From: Balanoglossus misakiensis
Taxonomy: Eukaryota > Animalia > Hemichordata
Direction of reading: 5' to 3'
DNA: 64,000 bases
Assembly: GCA_040954595.2 (NCBI GenBank)
Contig: CM082577.2
Location: forward strand, 20,682,303-20,746,302
Each line of letters begins with the position of its first letter. Positions within the stretch are counted from its first letter, which is position 1. The translations under genes and the position numbers were made by a program. Positions 9,296 to 23,507 of this stretch are shown in pieces. The notes under the pieces were generated by a model. It saw only the letters and a program-made list of their open reading frames with translations, had not been told where the DNA came from and did not search any database.

Positions 9296-12200
9296 CTACG
9301 TGGTATGGCCGTAGGCGAAAGATGGTTGAATTTCTCCTACTATAAACCTGAATCCTACACCATTGAACACATAGTCCGACTTGGCTAATTTTTGTGGGTA
9401 ACCGATCGACCTTCCATAGCTTATAAGGCAAGTGGGATAAAATATGGTTTGTTTTGTTTTGCAAAAAGTGGTTTTAAAATTCAGACACTTGCAGAAAGAG
9501 GAAGAAACGGGCACTTGCGACAAAAATATTATCCATCAGGCTACTCTTTAATGGAAAAGTTGGAAAAAATTAAGCCTACAGCACGTAGTATTCCCAGGCG
9601 GTCTCCCATCCAAGTACTAACTACGCCCAACGCAGGTTTGCTTCGGTGATCAGACGAGAACCGGCTTATTCTACGTGGTATGGCCGTAGGCGAAAGATGG
9701 TTGAATTTCTCCTACTATAAACCTGAATCCTACACCATTGAACACATAGTCCGACTTGGCTAATTTTTGTGGGTAACCGATCGACCTTCCATAGCTTATA
9801 AGGCAAGTAGGATAAAAAAATATGTTTTTTTTTTGTTTTGCAAAAAGTGGTTTTACAATTCAGACACTTGCAGAAAGAGGAAGAAACGGACACTTGCGAC
9901 AAAATATTATCCTTCAGGCTACTCTTTAATGGAAACGTTGGAAAAAATTGAAGCCTACAGCACGTAGTATTCCCAGGCGGTCTCCCATCCAAGTACTAAC
10001 TACGCCCAACGCAGGTTTGCTTCGGTGATCAGACGAGAACCGGCTTATTCTACGTGGTATGGCCGTAGGCGAAAGATGGTTGAATTTCTCCTACTATAAA
10101 CCTGAATCCTACACCATTGAACACATAGTCCGACTTGGCTAATTTTTGTGGGTAACCGATCGACCTTCCATAGCTTATAAGGCAAGTAGTATCAAAAAAT
10201 ATGGTTTGTTTTGTTTTGCAAAAAGTGGTTTTAAAATTCAGACACTTGCAGAAAGAGGAAGAAACGGACACTTGCGACAAAATATTATCCTTCAGGCTAC
10301 TCTTTAATGGAAACGTTGGAAAAAATTGAAGCCTACAGCACGTAGTATTCCCAGGCGGTCTCCCATCCAAGTACTAACTACGCCGAACGCACGTTTGCTT
10401 CGGTGATCAGACGAGAACCGGCTTTTTCTACGTGGTATAGCCGTAGGCGAAAGATGGTTGAATTTCTCCTACTATAAACCTGAATCCTACACCATTGAAC
10501 ACATGGTCCGAATTGGCTAATATTTGTGGGTAACCGATCGACCTTCCATAGCTTATAAGGCAAGTAGGATAAAAAAATATGGTTTGTTTTGTTTTGCAAA
10601 AAGTGGTTTTAAAATTCAGACACTTGCAGAAAGAGGAAGAAACGGACACTTGCGACAAAATATTATCCTTCAGGCTACTCTTTACAAAATGAAGCCTACA
10701 GCACGTAGTATTCCCAGGCGGTCTCCCATCCAAGTACTAACTACGCCCAACGCAGGTTTGCTTCGGTGATCAGACGAGAACCGGCTTTTTCTACGTGGTA
10801 TGGCCGTAGGCGAAAGATGGTTGAATTTCTCCTACTATAAACCTGAATCCTACACCATTGAACACATAGTCCGACTTTGCTAATTTTTGTGGGTAACCGA
10901 TCGACCTTCCATAGCTTATAAGGCAAGTAGGATAAAAAAATATGGTTTGTTTTGTTTTGCAAAAAGTGGTTTTAAAATTCAGGCACTTGCAGAAAGAGGA
11001 AGAAACGGACACTTGCGACAAAATATTATCCTTCAGGCTACTCTTTAAAAAATGAAGCCTACAGCACGTAGTATTCCCAGGCGGTCTCCCATCCAAGTAC
11101 TAACTACGCCCAACGCAGGTTTGCTTCGGTGATCAGACGAGAACCGGCTTTTTCTACGTGGTATGGCCGTAGGCGAAAGATGGTTGAATTTCTCCTACTA
11201 TAAACCTGAATCCTACACCATTGAACACATAGTCCGACTTGGCTAATATTTGTGGGTAACCGATCGACCTTTCATAGCTTATAAGGCAAGTAGGATAAAA
11301 AAATATGGTTTGTTTTGTTTTGCAAAAAGTGGTTTTAAAATTCAGACACTTGCAGAAAGAGGAAGAAACGGACACTTGCGACAAAATATTATCCTTCAGG
11401 CTACTCTTTAATGGAAACGTTGGAAAAAATTGAAGCCTACAGCACGTAGTATTCCCACGCGGTCTCCCATCCAAGTACTAACTACGCCCAACGCAGGTTT
11501 GCTTCGGTGATCAGACGAGAACCGGCTTATTCTACGTGGTATGGCCGTAGGCGAAAGATGGTTGAATTTCTCCTACTATAAACCTGAATCCTACACCATT
11601 GAACACATAGTCCGACTTGGCTAATTTTTGTGGGTAACCGATCGACCTTCCATAGCTTATAAGGCAAGTAGGATAAAAAAATATGTTTTTTTTTGTTTTG
11701 CAAAAAGTGGTTTTACAATTCAGACACTTGCAGAAAGAGGAAGAAACGGACACTTGCGACAAAACATTATCCTTCAGGCTACTCTTTAATGGAAACGTTG
11801 GAAAAAATTGAAGCCTACAGCACGTAGTATTCCCAGGCGGTCTCCCATCCAAGTACTAACTACGCCCAACGCAGGTTTGCTTCGGTGATCAGACGAGAAC
11901 CGGCTTATTCTACGTGGTATGGCCGTAGGCGAAACATGGTTGAATTTCTCCTACTATAAACCTGAATCCTACACCATTGAACACATAGTCCGACTTGGCT
12001 AATTTTTGTGGGTAACCGATCGACCTTCCATAGCTTATAAGGCAAGTGGGATAAAATATGGTTTGTTTTGTTTTGCAAAAAGTGGTTTTAAAATACAGAC
12101 ACTTGCAGAAAGAGGAAGAAACGGGCACTTGCGACAAAAATATTATCCATCAGGCTACTCTTTAATGGAAAAGTTGGAAAAAATGAAGCCTACAGCACGT

Positions 12201-14522
12201 AGTATTCCCAGGCGGTCTCCCATCCAAGTACTAACTACGCCCAACGCAGGTTTGCTTCGGTGATCAACGAGAAACGGCTTATTCTACGTGGTATGGCCGT
12301 AGGCGAAAGATGGTTGAATTTCTCCTACTATAAACCTGAATCCTACACCATTGAACACATAGTCCGACTTGGCTAATTTTTGTGGGTAACCGATCGACCT
12401 TCCATAGCTTATAAGGCAAGTAGGATAAAAAAATATGTTTTTTTTTTGTTTTGCAAAAAGTGGTTTTACAATTCAGACACTTGCAGAAAGAGGAAGAAAC
12501 GGACACTTGCGACAAAATATTATCCTTCAGGCTACTCTTTAATGGAAACGTTGGAAAAAATTGAAGCCTACAGCACGTAGTATTCCCAGGCGGTCTCCCA
12601 TCCAAGTACTAACTACGCCCAACGCAGGTTTGCTTCGGTGATCAGACGAGAACCGGCTTATTCTACGTGGTATGGCCGTAGGCGAAAGATGGTTGAATTT
12701 CTCCTACTATAAACCTGAATCCTACACCATTGAACACATAGTCCGACTTGGCTAATTTTTGTGGGTAACCGATCGACCTTCCATAGCTTATAAGGCAAGT
12801 AGGATCAAAAAATATGGTTTGTTTTGTTTTGCAAAAAGTGGTTTTAAAATTCAGACACTTGCAGAAAGAGGAAGAAACGGACACTTGCGACAAAATATTA
12901 TCCTTCAGGCTACTCTTTAATGGAAACGTTGGAAAAAATTGAAGCCTACAGCACGTAGTATTCCCAGGCGGTCTCCCATCCAAGTACTAACTACGCCGAA
13001 CGCACGTTTGCTTCGGTGATCAGACGAGAACCGGCTTTTTCTACGTGGTATAGCCGTAGGCGAAAGATGGTTGAATTTCTCCTACTATAAACCTGAATCC
13101 TACACCATTGAACACATAGTCCGAATTGGCTAATATTTGTGGGTAACCGATCGACCTTCCATAGCTTATAAGGCAAGTAGGATAAAAAAATATGGTTTGT
13201 TTTGTTTTGCAAAAAGTGGTTTTAAAATTCAGACACTTGCAGAAAGAGGAAGAAACGGACACTTGCGACAAAATATTATCCTTCAGGCTACTCTTTACAA
13301 AATGAAGCCTACAGCACGTAGTATTCCCAGGCGGTCTCCCATCCAAGTACTAACTACGCCCAACGCAGGTTTGCTTCGGTGATCAGACGAGAACCGGCTT
13401 TTTCTACGTGGTATGGCCGTAGGCGAAAGATGGTTGAATTTCTCCTACTATAAACCTGAATCCTACACCATTGAACACATAGTCCGACTTTGCTAATTTT
13501 TGTGGGTAACCGATCGACCTTCCATAGCTTATAAGGCAAGTAGGATAAAAAAATATGGTTTGTTTTGTTTTGCAAAAAGTGGTTTTAAAATTCAGGCACT
13601 TGCAGAAAGAGGAAGAAACGGACACTTGCGACAAAATATTATCCTTCAGGCTACTCTTTAAAAAATGAAGCCTACAGCACGTAGTATTCCCAGGCGGTCT
13701 CCCATCCAAGTACTAACTACGCCCAACGCAGGTTTGCTTCGGTGATCAGACGAGAACCGGCTTTTTCTACGTGGTATGGCCGTAGGCGAAAGATGGTTGA
13801 ATTTCTCCTACTATAAACCTGAATCCTACACCATTGAACACATAGTCCGACTTGGCTAATATTTGTGGGTAACCGATCGACCTTTCATAGCTTATAAGGC
13901 AAGTAGGATAAAAAAATATGGTTTGTTTTGTTTTGCAAAAAGTGGTTTTAAAATTCAGACACTTGCAGAAAGAGGAAGAAACGGACACTTGCGACAAAAT
14001 ATTATCCTTCAGGCTACTCTTTAATGGAAACGTTGGAAAAAATTGAAGCCTACAGCACGTAGTATTCCCAGGCGGTCTCCCATCCAAGTACTAACTACGC
14101 CCAACGCAGGTTTGCTTCGGTGATCAGACGAGAACCGGCTTATTCTACGTGGTATGGCCGTAGGCGAAAGATGGTTGAATTTCTCCTACTATAAACCTGA
14201 ATCCTACACCATTGAACACATAGTCCGACTTGGCTAATTTTTGTGGGTAACCGATCGACCTTCCATAGCTTATAAGGCAAGTAGGATAAAAAAATATGTT
14301 TTTTTTTGTTTTGCAAAAAGTGGTTTTACAATTCAGACACTTGCAGAAAGAGGAAGAAACGGACACTTGCGACAAAACATTATCCTTCAGGCTACTCTTT
14401 AATGGAAACGTTGGAAAAAATTGAAGCCTACAGCACGTAGTATTCCCAGGCGGTCTCCCATCCAAGTACTAACTACGCCCAACGCAGGTTTGCTTCGGTG
14501 ATCAGACGAGAACCGGCTTATT
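9296..14522. repeat. Tandem duplication of a 7-unit block (period ~2613 bp)
   Basis: Variant ORFs recur at +2613 (9666/12279, 10378/12991, 11532/14145). Shared rare markers: tttacaaaat, gtatagccg, aaaacattat. Confidence 0.9.
12186..12304 (-). pseudogene. 5S copy with 1-nt deletion in loop C and a helix III substitution
   Basis: gatcaacgagaaacgg instead of gatcagacgagaaccgg. Confidence 0.6.
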
Positions 14523-17500
14523 CTACGTGGTATGGCCGTAGGCGAAAGATGGTTGAATTTCTCCTACTATAAACCTGAATCCTACACCATTGAACACATA
14601 GTCCGACTTGGCTAATTTTTGTGGGTAACCGATCGACCTTCCATAGCTTATAAGGCAAGTAGGATAAAAAAATATGGTTTGTTTTGTTTTGCAAAAAGTG
14701 GTTTTAAAATTCAGGCACTTGCAGAAAGAGGAAGAAACGGACACTTGCGACAAAATATTATCCTTCAGGCTACTCTTTAAAAAATGAAGCCTACAGCACG
14801 TAGTATTCCCAGGCGGTCTCCCATCCAAGTACTAACTACGCCCAACGCAGGTTTGCTTCGGTGATCAGACGAGAACCGGCTTTTTCTACGTGGTATGGCC
14901 GTAGGCGAAAGATGGTTGAATTTCTCCTACTATAAACCTGAATCCTACACCATTGAACACATAGTCCGACTTGGCTAATTTTTGTGGGTAACCGATCGAC
15001 CTTCCATAGCTTATAAGGCAAGTAGGATAAAAAAATATGGTTTGATTTGTTTTGCAAAAAGTGGTTTTAAAATTCAGGCACTTGCAGAAAGAGGAAGAAA
15101 CGGACACTTGCGACAAAATATTATCCTTCAGGCTACTCTTTAAAAAATGAAGCCTACAGCACGTAGTATTCCCAGGCGGTCTCCCATCCAAGTACTAACT
15201 ACGCCCAACGCAGGTTTGCTTCGGTGATCAGACGAGAACCGGCTTTTTCTACGTGGTATGGCCGTAGGCGAAAGATGGTTGAATTTCTCCTACTATAAAC
15301 CTGAATCCTACACCATTGAACACATAGTCCGACTTGGCTAATATTTGTGGGTAACCGATCGACCTTTCATAGCTTATAAGGCAAGTAGGATAAAAAAATA
15401 TGGTTTGTTTTGTTTTGCAAAAAGTGGTTTTAAAATTCAGACACTTGCAGAAAGAGGAAGAAACGGACACTTGCGACAAAATATTATCCTTCAGGCTACT
15501 CTTTAATGGAAACGTTGGAAAAAATTGAAGCCTACAGCACGTAGTATTCCCAGGCGGTCTCCCATCCAAGTACTAACTACGCCCAACGCAGGTTTGCTTC
15601 GGTGATCAGACGAGAACCGGCTTATTCTACGTGGTATGGCCGTAGGCGAAAGATGGTTGAATTTCTCCTACTATAAACCTGAATCCTACACCATTGAACA
15701 CATAGTCCGACTTGGCTAATTTTTGTGGGTAACCGATCGACCTTCCATAGCTTATAAGGCAAGTAGGATCAAAAAATATGGTTTGTTTTGTTTTGCAAAA
15801 AGTGGTTTTAAAATTCAGACACTTGCAGAAAGAGGAAGAAACGGACACTTGCGACAAAATATTATCCTTCAGGCTACTCTTTAATGGAAACGTTGGAAAA
15901 AATTGAAGCCTACAGCACGTAGTATTCCCAGGCGGTCTCCCATCCAAGTACTAACTACGCCGAACGCACGTTTGCTTCGGTGATCAGACGAGAACCGGCT
16001 TTTTCTACGTGGTATGGCCGTAGGCGAAAGATGGTTGAATTTCTCCTACTATAAACCTGAATCCTACACCATTGAACACATAGTCCGACTTGGCTAATAT
16101 TTGTGGGTAACCGATCGACCTTCCATAGCTTATAAGGCAAGTAGGATAAAAATATATGGTTTGTTTTGTTTTGCAAAAAGTGGTTTTAAAATTCAGACAC
16201 TTGCAGAAAGAGGAAGAAACGGACACTTGCGACAAAATATTATCCTTCAGGCTACTCTTTAAAAAATGAAGCCTACAGCACGTAGTATTCCCAGGCGGTC
16301 TCCCATCCAAGTACTAACTACGCCCAACGCAGGTTTGCTTCGGTGATCAGACGAGAACCGGCTTATTCTACGTGGTATGGCCGTAGGCGAAAGATGGTTG
16401 AATTTCTCCTACTATAAACCTGAATCCTACACCATTGAACACATAGTCCGACTTGGCTAATTTTTGTGGGTAACCGATCGACCTTCCATAGCTTATAAGG
16501 CAAGTAGGATAAAAAAATATGTTTTTTTTTGTTTTGCAAAAAGTGGTTTTACAATTCAGACACTTGCAGAAAGAGGAAGAAACGGACACTTGCGACAAAA
16601 TATTATCCTTCAGGCTACTCTTTAATGGAAACGTTGGAAAAAATTGAAGCCTACAGCACGTAGTATTCCCAGGCGGTCTCCCATCCAAGTACTAACTACG
16701 CCCAACGCAGGTTTGCTTCGGTGATCAGACGAGAACCGGCTTATTCTACGTGGTATGGCCGTAGGCGAAAGATGGTTGAATTTCTCCTACTATAAACCTG
16801 AATCCTACACCATTGAACACATAGTCCGACTTGGCTAATTTTTGTGGGTAACCGATCGACCTTCCATAGCTTATAAGGCAAGTAGGATAAAAAAATATGG
16901 TTTGTTTTGTTTTGCAAAAAGTGGTTTTAAAATTCAGGCACTTGCAGAAAGAGGAAGAAACGGACACTTGCGACAAAATATTATCCTTCAGGCTACTCTT
17001 TAAAAAATGAAGCCTACAGCACGTAGTATTCCCAGGCGGTCTCCCATCCAAGTACTAACTACGCCCAACGCAGGTTTGCTTCGGTGATCAGACGAGAACC
17101 GGCTTTTTCTACGTGGTATGGCCGTAGGCGAAAGATGGTTGAATTTCTCCTACTATAAACCTGAATCCTACACCATTGAACACATAGTCCGACTTGGCTA
17201 ATATTTGTGGGTAACCGATCGACCTTTCATAGCTTATAAGGCAAGTAGGATAAAAAATATGGTTTGTTTTGTTTTGCAAAAAGTGGTTTTAAAATTCAGA
17301 CACTTGCAGAAAGAGGAAGAAACGGACACTTGCGACAAAATATTATCCTTCAGGCTACTCTTTAAAAAATGAAGCCTACAGCACGTAGTATTCCCAGGCG
17401 GTCTCCCATCCAAGTACTAACTACGCCCAACGCAGGTTTGCCTCGGTGATCAGACGAGAACCGGCTTTTTCTACGTGGTATGGCCGTAGGCGAAAGATGG

Positions 17501-20500
17501 TTGAATTTCTCCTACTATAAACCTGAATCCTACACCATTGAACACATAGTCCGACTTGGCTAATATTTGTGGGTAACCGATCGACCTTCCATAGCTTATA
17601 AGGCAAGTAGGATCAAAAAATATGGTTTGTTTTGTTTTGCAAAAAGTGGTTTTAAAATTCAGACACTTGCAGAAAGAGGAAGAAACGGACACTTGCGACA
17701 AAATATTATCCTTCAGGCTACTCTTTAATGGAAACGTTGGAAAAAATTGAAGCCTACAGCACGTAGTATTCCCAGGCGGTCTCCCATCCAAGTACTAACT
17801 ACGCCCAACGCAGGTTTGCTTCGGTGATCAGACGAGAACCGGCTTATTCTACGTGGTATGGCCGTAGGCGAAAGATGGTTGAATTTCTCCTACTATAAAC
17901 CTGAATCCTACACCATTGAACACATAGTCTGACTTGGCTAATTTTTGTGGGTAACCGATCGACCTTCCATAGCTTATAAGGCAAGTAGGATAAAAAAATA
18001 TGTTTTTTTTTTGTTTTGCAAAAAGTGGTTTTACAATTCAGACACTTGCAGAAAGAGGAAGAAACGGACACTTGCGACAAAATATTATCCTTCAGGCTAC
18101 TCTTTAATGGAAACGTTGGAAAAAATTGAAGCCTACAGCACGTAGTATTCCCAGGCGGTCTCCCATCCAAGTACTAACTACGCCCAACGCAGGTTTGCTT
18201 CGGCGATCAGACGAGAACCGGCTTATTCTACGTGGTATGGCCGTAGGCGAAAGATGGTTGAATTTCTCCTACTATAAACCTGAATCCTACACCATTGAAC
18301 ACATAGTCTGACTTGGCTAATTTTTGTGGGTAACCGATCGACCTTCCATAGCTTATAAGGCAAGTAGGATAAAAAAATATGTTTTTTTTTTGTTTTGCAA
18401 AAAGTGGTTTTACAATTCAGACACTTGCAGAAAGAGGAAGAAACGGACACTTGCGACAAAATATTATCCTTCAGGCTACTCTTTAATGGAAACGTTGGAA
18501 AAAATTGAAGCCTACAGCACGTAGTATTCCCAGGCGGTCTCCCATCCAAGTACTAACTACGCCCAACGCAGGTTTGCTTCGGTGATCAGACGAGAACCGG
18601 CTTATTCTACGTGGTATGGCCGTAGGCGAAAGATGGTTGAATTTCTCCTACTATAAACCTGAATCCTACACCATTGAACACATAGTCCGACTTGGCTAAT
18701 TTTTGTGGGTAACCGATCGACCTTCCATAGCTTATAAGGCAAGTAGGATCAAAAAATATGGTTTGTTTTGTTTTGCAAAAAGTGGTTTTAAAATTCAGAC
18801 ACTTGCAGAAAAAGGAAGAAACGGACACTTGCGACAAAATATTATCCTTCAGGCTACTCTTTAATGGAAACGTTGGAAAAAATTGAAGCCTACAGCACGT
18901 AGTATTCCCAGGCGGTCTCCCATCCAAGTACTAACTACGCCCAACGCAGGTTTGCTTCGGTGATAAGACGAGAACCGGCTTTTTCTACGTGGTATGGCCG
19001 TAGGCGAAAGATGGTTGAATTTCTCCTACTATAAACCTGAATCCTACACCATTGAACACATTGTCCGACTTGGCTAATATTTGTGGGTAACCGATCGACC
19101 TTCCATAGCTTATAAGGCAAGTAGGATAAAAAAATATGGTTTGTTTTGTTTTGTAAAAAGTGGTTTTAAAATTCAGACACTTGCAGAAAGAGGAAGAAAC
19201 GGACACTTGCGACAAAATATTATCCTTCAGGCTACTCTTTAATGGAAACGTTGGAAAAAATTGAAGCCTACAGCACGTAGTATTCCCAGGCGGTCTCCCA
19301 TCCAAGTACTAACTACGCCCAACGCAGGTTTGCTTCGGTGATCAGACGAGAACCGGCTTTTTCTACGTGGTATGGCCGTAGGCGAAAGATGGTTGAATTT
19401 CTCCTACTATAAACCTGAATCCTACACCATTGAACACATAGTCCGACTTGGCTAATTTTTGTGGGTAACCGATCGACCTTCCATAGCTTATAAGGCAAGT
19501 AGGATAAAAAAATATGTTTTTTTTTGTTTTGCAAAAAGTGGTTTTACAATTCAGACACTTGCAGAAAGAGGAAGAAACGGACACTTGCGACAAAATATTA
19601 TCCTTCAGGCTACTCTTTAATGGAAACGTTGGAAAAAATTGAAGCCTACAGCACGTAGTATTCCCAGGCGGTCTCCCATCCAAGTACTAACTACGCCCAA
19701 CGCAGGTTTGCTTCGGTGATCAGACGAGAACCGGCTTATTCTACGTGGTATGGCCGTAGGCGAAAGATGGTTGAATTTCTCCTACTATAAACCTGAATCC
19801 TACACCATTGAACACATAGTCCGACTTGGCTAATTTTTGTGGGTAACCGATCGACCTTCCATAGCTTATAAGGCAAGTAGGATCAAAAAATATGGTTTGT
19901 TTTGTTTTGCAAAAAGTGGTTTTAAAATTCAGACACTTGCAGAAAAAGGAAGAAACGGACACTTGCGACAAAATATTATCCTTCAGGCTACTCTTTAATG
20001 GAAACGTTGGAAAAAATTGAAGCCTACAGCACGTAGTATTCCCAGGCGGTCTCCCATCCAAGTACTAACTACGCCCAACGCAGGTTTGCTTCGGTGATAA
20101 GACGAGAACCGGCTTTTTCTACGTGGTATGGCCGTAGGCGAAAGATGGTTGAATTTCTCCTACTATAAACCTGAATCCTACACCATTGAACACATAGTCC
20201 GACTTGGCTAATATTTGTGGGTAACCGATCGACCTTCCATAGCTTATAAGGCAAGTAGGATAAAAAAATATGGTTTGTTTTGTTTTGTAAAAAGTGGTTT
20301 TAAAATTCAGACACTTGCAGAAAGAGGAAGAAACGGACACTTGCGACAAAATATTATCCTTCAGGCTACTCTTTAATGGAAACGTTGGAAAAAATTGAAG
20401 CCTACAGCACGTAGTATTCCCAGGCGGTCTCCCATCCAAGTACTAACTACGCCCAACGCAGGTTTGCTTCGGTGATCAGACGAGAACCGGCTTTTTCTAC

Positions 20501-22639
20501 GTGGTATGGCCGTAGGCGAAAGATGGTTGAATTTCTCCTACTATAAACCTGAATCCTACACCATTGAACACATAGTCCGACTTGGCTAATTTTTGTGGGT
20601 AACCGATCGACCTTCCATAGCTTATAAGGCAAGTAGGATAAAAATATGGTTTGGTTTGTTTTGCAAAAAGTGGTTTTAAAATTCAGGCACTTGCAGAAAG
20701 AGGAAGAAACAGACACTTGCGTCAAAATATTATCCTTCAGGCTACTCTTTAAAAAATGAAGCCTACAGCACGTAGTATTCCCAGGCGGTCTCCCATCCAA
20801 GTACTAACTACGCCCAACGCAGGTTTGCTTCGGTGATCAGACGAGAACCGGCTTTTTCTACGTGGTATGGCCGTAGGCGAAAGATGGTTGAATTTCTCCT
20901 ACTATAAACCTGAATCCTACCCCATTGAACACATAGTCCGACTTGGCTAATATTTGTGGGTAACCGATCGACCTTCCATAGCTTATAAGGCAAGTAGGAT
21001 CAATAAATATGGTTTGTTTTGTTTTGCAAAAAGTGGTTTTAAAATTCAGGCACTTGCAGAAAGAGGAAGAAACGGACACTTGCGACAAAATATTATCCTT
21101 CAGGCTACTTTTTAATGGAAACCTTGGAAAAAAATGAAGCCTACAGCACGTAGTATTCCCAGGTGGTCTCCCATCCAAGTACTAACTACGCCCAACGCAG
21201 GTTTGCTTCGGTGATCAGACGAGAACCGGCTTTTTCTACGTGGTATGGCCGTAGGCGATAGATGGTTGAATTTCTCCTACTATATATAAACCTGAATCCT
21301 ACACCATTGAACACATAGTCCGACTTGGCTAATTTTTGTGGGTAACCGATCGACCTTCCATAGCTTATAAGGCAAGTAGGATAAAAATATGGTTTGTTTT
21401 GTTTTGCAAAAAGTGGTTTTAAAATTCAGGCACTTGCAGAAAGAGGAAGAAACGGACACTTGCGAGAAAATATTATCCTTCAGGCTACTCTTTAAAAAAT
21501 GAAGCCTACAGCACGTAGTATTCCCAGGCGGTCTCCCATCCAAGTACTAACTACGCCCAACGCAGGTTTGCTTCGGTGATCAGACGAGAACCGGCTTTTT
21601 CTACGTGGTATGGCCGTAGGCGAAAGATGGTTGAATTTCTCCTACTATAAACCTGAATCCTACACCATTGAACACATAGTCCGACTTGGCGAATTTTTGT
21701 GGGTAACCGATCGACCTTCCATAGCTTATAAGGCAAGTAGGATAAAAAAAATATGTTTTTTTTGTTATGTAAAAAGTGGTTTTACAATTCAGACACTTGC
21801 AGAAAGAGGAAGAAACGGACACTTGCGACAAAATATTATCCTTCAGGCTACTCTTTAATGGAAACGTTGGAAAAAATTGAAGCCTACAGCACGTAGCATT
21901 CCAAGGCGGTCTCCCATCCAAGTACTAACTACGCCCAACGCAGGTTTGCTTCGGTGATCAGACGAGAACCGGCTTTTTCTACGTGGTATGGCCGTAGGCG
22001 AAAGATGGTTGAATTTCTCCTACTATAAACCTGAATCCTACACCATTGAACACATAGTCCGACTTGGCTAATATTTGTGGGTAACCGATCGACCTTCCAT
22101 AGCTTATAAGGCAAGTAGGATAAAAAAATATTGTTTGTTTTGTTTTGCAAAAAGTGGTTTTAAAATTCAGGCACTTGCAGAAAGAGGAAGAAACGGACAC
22201 TTGCGACAAAATATTATCCTTCAGGCTACTTTTTAATGGAAACATTGGAAAAAAATGAAGCCTACAGCACGTAGTATTCCCAGGCGGTCTCCCATCCAAG
22301 TACTAACTACGCCCAACGCAGGTTTGCTTCGGTGATCAGACGAGAACCGGCTTTTTCTACGTGGTATGGCCGTAGGCGATAGATGGTTGAATTTCTCCTA
22401 CTATATATAAACCTGAATCCTACACCATTGAACACATAGTCCGACTTGGCGAATTTTTGTGGGTAACCGATCGACCTTCCATAGCTTATAAGGCAAGTAG
22501 GATAAAAAAAATATGTTTTTTTTGTTATGTAAAAAGTGGTTTTACAATTCAGACACTTGCAGAAAGAGGAAGAAACGGACACTTGCGACAAAATATTATC
22601 CTTCAGGCTACTCTTTAATGGAAACGTTGGAAAAAATTG

Positions 22640-22749
22640 AAGCCTACAGCACGAGGCGGTCTCCCATCCAAGTACTAACTACGCCCAACGCAGGTTTGCT
22701 TCGGTGATCAGACGAGAACCGGCTTTTTCTACGTGGTATGGCCGTAGGC
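22640..22749 (-). pseudogene. 5S copy with 10-bp deletion (nt ~97-106)
   Basis: cacg|aggcgg lacks tagtattccc, removing the loop E 3' strand and part of helix V. Confidence 0.85.
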
Positions 22750-23389
22750 GATAGATGGTTGAATTTCTCCTACTATATATAAACCTGAATCCTACACCAT
22801 TGAACACATAGTCCGACTTGGCGAATTTTTGTGGGTAACCGATCGACCTTCCATAGCTTATAAGGCAAGTAGGATAAAAAAAATATGTTTTTTTTGTTAT
22901 GTAAAAAGTGGTTTTACAATTCAGACACTTGCAGAAAGAGGAAGAAACGGACACTTGCGACAAAATATTATCCTTCAGGCTACTCTTTAATGGAAACGTT
23001 GGAAAAAATTGAAGCCTACAGCACGTAGCATTCCCAGGTGGTCTCCCATCCAAGTACTAACTACGCCCAACGCAGGTTTGCTTCGGTGATCAGACGAGAA
23101 CCGGCTTTTTCTACGTGGTATGGCCGTAGGCGAAAGATGGTTGAATTTCTCATACTATAAACCTGAATCCTACACCATTGAATACATAGTCCGACTTGGC
23201 TAATATTTGTGGGTAACCGATCGACCTTCCATAGCTTATAAGGCAAGTAGGATCAAAAAATATGGTTTGTTTTGTTTTGCAAAAAGTGGTTTTACAATTC
23301 AGACACTTGCAGAAAGAGGAAGAAACGGACACTTGCGACAAAATATTATCCTTCAGGCTACTCTTTAATGGAAACGTTGGAAAAAATTG

Positions 23390-23507
23390 AAGCCTACAGC
23401 ACGTAGTATTCCCAGGCGGTCTCCCATCCAAGGTAACTACGCCCAACGCAGGTTTGCTTCGGTGATCAGACGAGAACCGGCTTATTCTACGTGGTATGGC
23501 CGTAGGC
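23390..23507 (-). pseudogene. 5S copy with disrupted loop E (net -2 nt)
   Basis: tccaaggtaactac instead of tccaagtactaactac. Confidence 0.75.

Larger units (their letters stand above)
1..9780. repeat. Haplotype domain A (units ~375-377 bp, largely dimeric ~752 bp)
   Basis: Spacer markers tccAtcagg and ggaaaAgttgg; two alternating spacer types; ORF period 753 at 1980/2733/3486. Confidence 0.85.

Noticed and set aside
9811-9840. Homopolymer length differences (A6-8, T8-11) between units
   Set aside because: Cannot be distinguished from slippage or sequencing error; not used as evidence alone.
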